IMG/VR virus record: IMGVR_UViG_3300042291_000667
Coordinates: 1 to 51,428 of that record
Strand: one strand, 5' to 3'
From: a virus
Lineage: Duplodnaviria > Caudoviricetes
DNA: 51,428 nucleotides
The position numbers and the translations under genes were made by a program. Below, one piece after another: positions 49,981 through 51,428 of this stretch. The notes under the pieces are model-generated. The model did no database searches. It was not told the DNA's origin and saw only the letters and a list, made by a program, of their open reading frames with translations. Every line of letters begins with the position of its first letter. The first letter of the stretch is position 1.

Positions 49981-50274
49981 TCAGTATTGACTAATGCGGC
50001 TCAATAATCCTGCTGCACCAGACAAGGCAAATATACCCCAAATGGTGATGGCAGGTGTTGGAGCTATTTTATACACAGTCAGAACAAGTGATGATACCCA
50101 AATGCTGGTACACCAGTCACAAGTAATCAAATAGCCAACGCCGCCATTGTGTGGTGGGTACTTTTTCCAGATTTTTTCGCGGATTTTTGAGACAATCTCA
50201 TCAGTTGTGATTAGTCTTGTGATGCGAAACACGGCAAGAGTTAAAATAATGCCGTCTAAAAAGCTGAATATCAT
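49981..50274 (-). CDS. DUF1360-like small membrane protein
   Basis: LAVFRITRLIT.D.I...YLITC.WC.SIW with hydrophobic helices. Start reassigned to the ATG at 50274 (ATGA overlap). Confidence 0.75.
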   Translation of the reverse strand: MIFSFLDGIILTLAVFRITRLITTDEIVSKIREKIWKKYPPHNGGVGYLITCDWCTSIWVSSLVLTVYKIAPTPAITIWGIFALSGAAGLLSRISQY

Positions 50275-50651
50275 TGTGTAGGGTCTTTCATTGAGTGAAG
50301 TGTCTTGTATGGATTCCACGCTCTCAGCATACTTCCGCAGCCGCAGCCGCTATCCTTGCGGAACGCAAGTGCTTTTCCGTTGACTGTGATCAGGCGCGTG
50401 GTGCCTTTCTTGTCGAGAAGAAGCGTGTCAGGAAGATACTTCTCTCGAAAGATCAGCATTGGGCCGTTCGATCCGTCCGCGGCAACCATAATCATGTCGT
50501 CCGTAAGAACAATGCGGACAGGCTCAACTCGGCGCGAGTGCTCAAAACGCTTAATGTCAGTAACCTGGAGCTCTGCGTAAATGTCACGTGACACAAGGTT
50601 AGGTGCTGTGACAAGTGCCTGTGCTGGAAACAGGTCATATATAATCTTCAT
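50271..50651 (-). CDS. Hypothetical protein (CGCG motif)
   Basis: 126-aa ORF tightly packed in the operon. Confidence 0.7.
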   Translation of the reverse strand: MKIIYDLFPAQALVTAPNLVSRDIYAELQVTDIKRFEHSRRVEPVRIVLTDDMIMVAADGSNGPMLIFREKYLPDTLLLDKKGTTRLITVNGKALAFRKDSGCGCGSMLRAWNPYKTLHSMKDPTQ

Positions 50652-50660
50652 AGCTGTACT

Positions 50661-51191
50661 CTACTTACCTAGCCTGCGGGCCATTGCTCGGTACGTGACG
50701 CCTGCCGCGGCGGCAAGCTCAGAGATCGCAACGCCTCTCGAGTACGCTTTGTGAGCGATACTCGTTAGCTCGTCGTTTGCGGAGGCATAGACGCCGTTCG
50801 GATTTGCGCGAGCTCTATAGCGACGAGCCAATGGTGCGATCTTATTGATTCGAGCCTTTTCTGTTGCCAAGAGAGCTGGAGAAGAGGGAGTGTACACTCG
50901 TCGTTCTCTTTTTGGCCTTGACGTAGTGCTACTTTCCGCGGCGGCTATTAATGAATTCGAAGAAGAGGAGGAAGGAAAAGGGATAGTTCTTGAGGGAGTG
51001 ATTGTGTGTGGTCGGGACAGCCATGTGTGGACGGTTGAACGTGGCCTGGGAGGGTCAAAGGCATTCGCAATGGCTGTCACAGACCAACCCACACTGTGAA
51101 GCTCTTGCGCTCGAGCATAGAGCTCTTCATTCATCAGGACGCGCAGAAAATCACACTCTGCGGCGGGAAGGTTCACGATCTGCCTCGGCAC
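50661..51191 (-). CDS. Double helix-turn-helix DNA-binding protein
   Basis: GWSVTAIANA...RSTVHTW and GVAISELAAAAGVTYRAMARRL HTH-like segments. Confidence 0.7.
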   Translation of the reverse strand: MPRQIVNLPAAECDFLRVLMNEELYARAQELHSVGWSVTAIANAFDPPRPRSTVHTWLSRPHTITPSRTIPFPSSSSSNSLIAAAESSTTSRPKRERRVYTPSSPALLATEKARINKIAPLARRYRARANPNGVYASANDELTSIAHKAYSRGVAISELAAAAGVTYRAMARRLGK

Positions 51192-51197
51192 AGGCTT

Positions 51198-51206
51198 ACT
51201 GTATCA
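51198..51206 (-). promoter_or_regulatory. Extended -10 promoter for a probable leaderless transcript
   Basis: TGA-TACAGT ends 6 nt before the GTG start at 51191; no SD present. Confidence 0.5.
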
Positions 51207-51428
51207 TCAGTGCAGCGGAAAAATGTGAACGATACACAGGAAATTGTACCTTGCCGTTAGAACTACTTTGGGGATTGTACGAAACGGAGGAATTAGTACA
51301 TTATGGTAAGTGGGTTTGGCCTGCGAGACGCCAGTCGCCTATTTTCGGGCCGTGTTCAAGTGTTTCGGGCTTTTGTTTAGAAAAGTTACTTGCATTTCGC
51401 TTTCGACTATCTGCGCGTGAATTTTTTT

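Larger units (their letters stand above)
1..51428 (-). mobile_element. Tailed phage genome segment (head-neck-tail module), actinophage-like
   Basis: Co-oriented, tightly packed or overlapping genes in canonical order: portal, protease, capsid, major tail, chaperone, tape measure, Dit/hub, fibres. No host housekeeping genes or integrase are visible. Confidence 0.95.

Noticed and set aside
708-51099. Numerous plus-strand and nested ORFs in the ORF track (e.g. 9790-10431, 36043-36693)
   Set aside because: Antisense or off-frame shadows of long minus-strand genes, with no recognisable motifs; only 5629-6602 lack an opposing gene.
51192-51428. Possible RNA gene or genome terminus at the right edge
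   Set aside because: No tRNA cloverleaf or terminal repeat is visible, only promoter-like hexamers; the terminase is not in the window, so packaging ends cannot be judged.

Overview
The whole window is the virion-morphogenesis arm of a large tailed phage (siphovirus-type; the gene families suggest an actinobacterial host). It is encoded almost entirely on the minus strand. Reading right to left: HTH protein, small hypothetical, DUF1360-like membrane protein, portal, Dps/ferritin fusion, a 6544-aa multi-enzyme protein, Cys-rich mosaic protein, 1525-aa capsid maturation protease, two capsid proteins, major tail protein, head-tail/tail completion genes, tail assembly chaperone with a probable -1 frameshift, tape measure, two fibre proteins, an inverted two-gene cassette, distal tail and hub proteins, a chaperone-containing fibre, a hypothetical, and a truncated dNMP-kinase-like gene. 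The main observation is the 19.6-kb gene between portal and protease. It carries four WYL-like domains, KTSC, four to five ADP-ribosyltransferase-like domains, two HipA/PI-kinase-like domains, a DEDDh exonuclease, an SF1 helicase, a ParB-like domain and two Nudix domains. It looks like a virion-packaged host-takeover or anti-defence polyprotein flanked by metal-binding head proteins. All domain calls come from reading motifs by eye, not from database searches, and domain boundaries are approximate.
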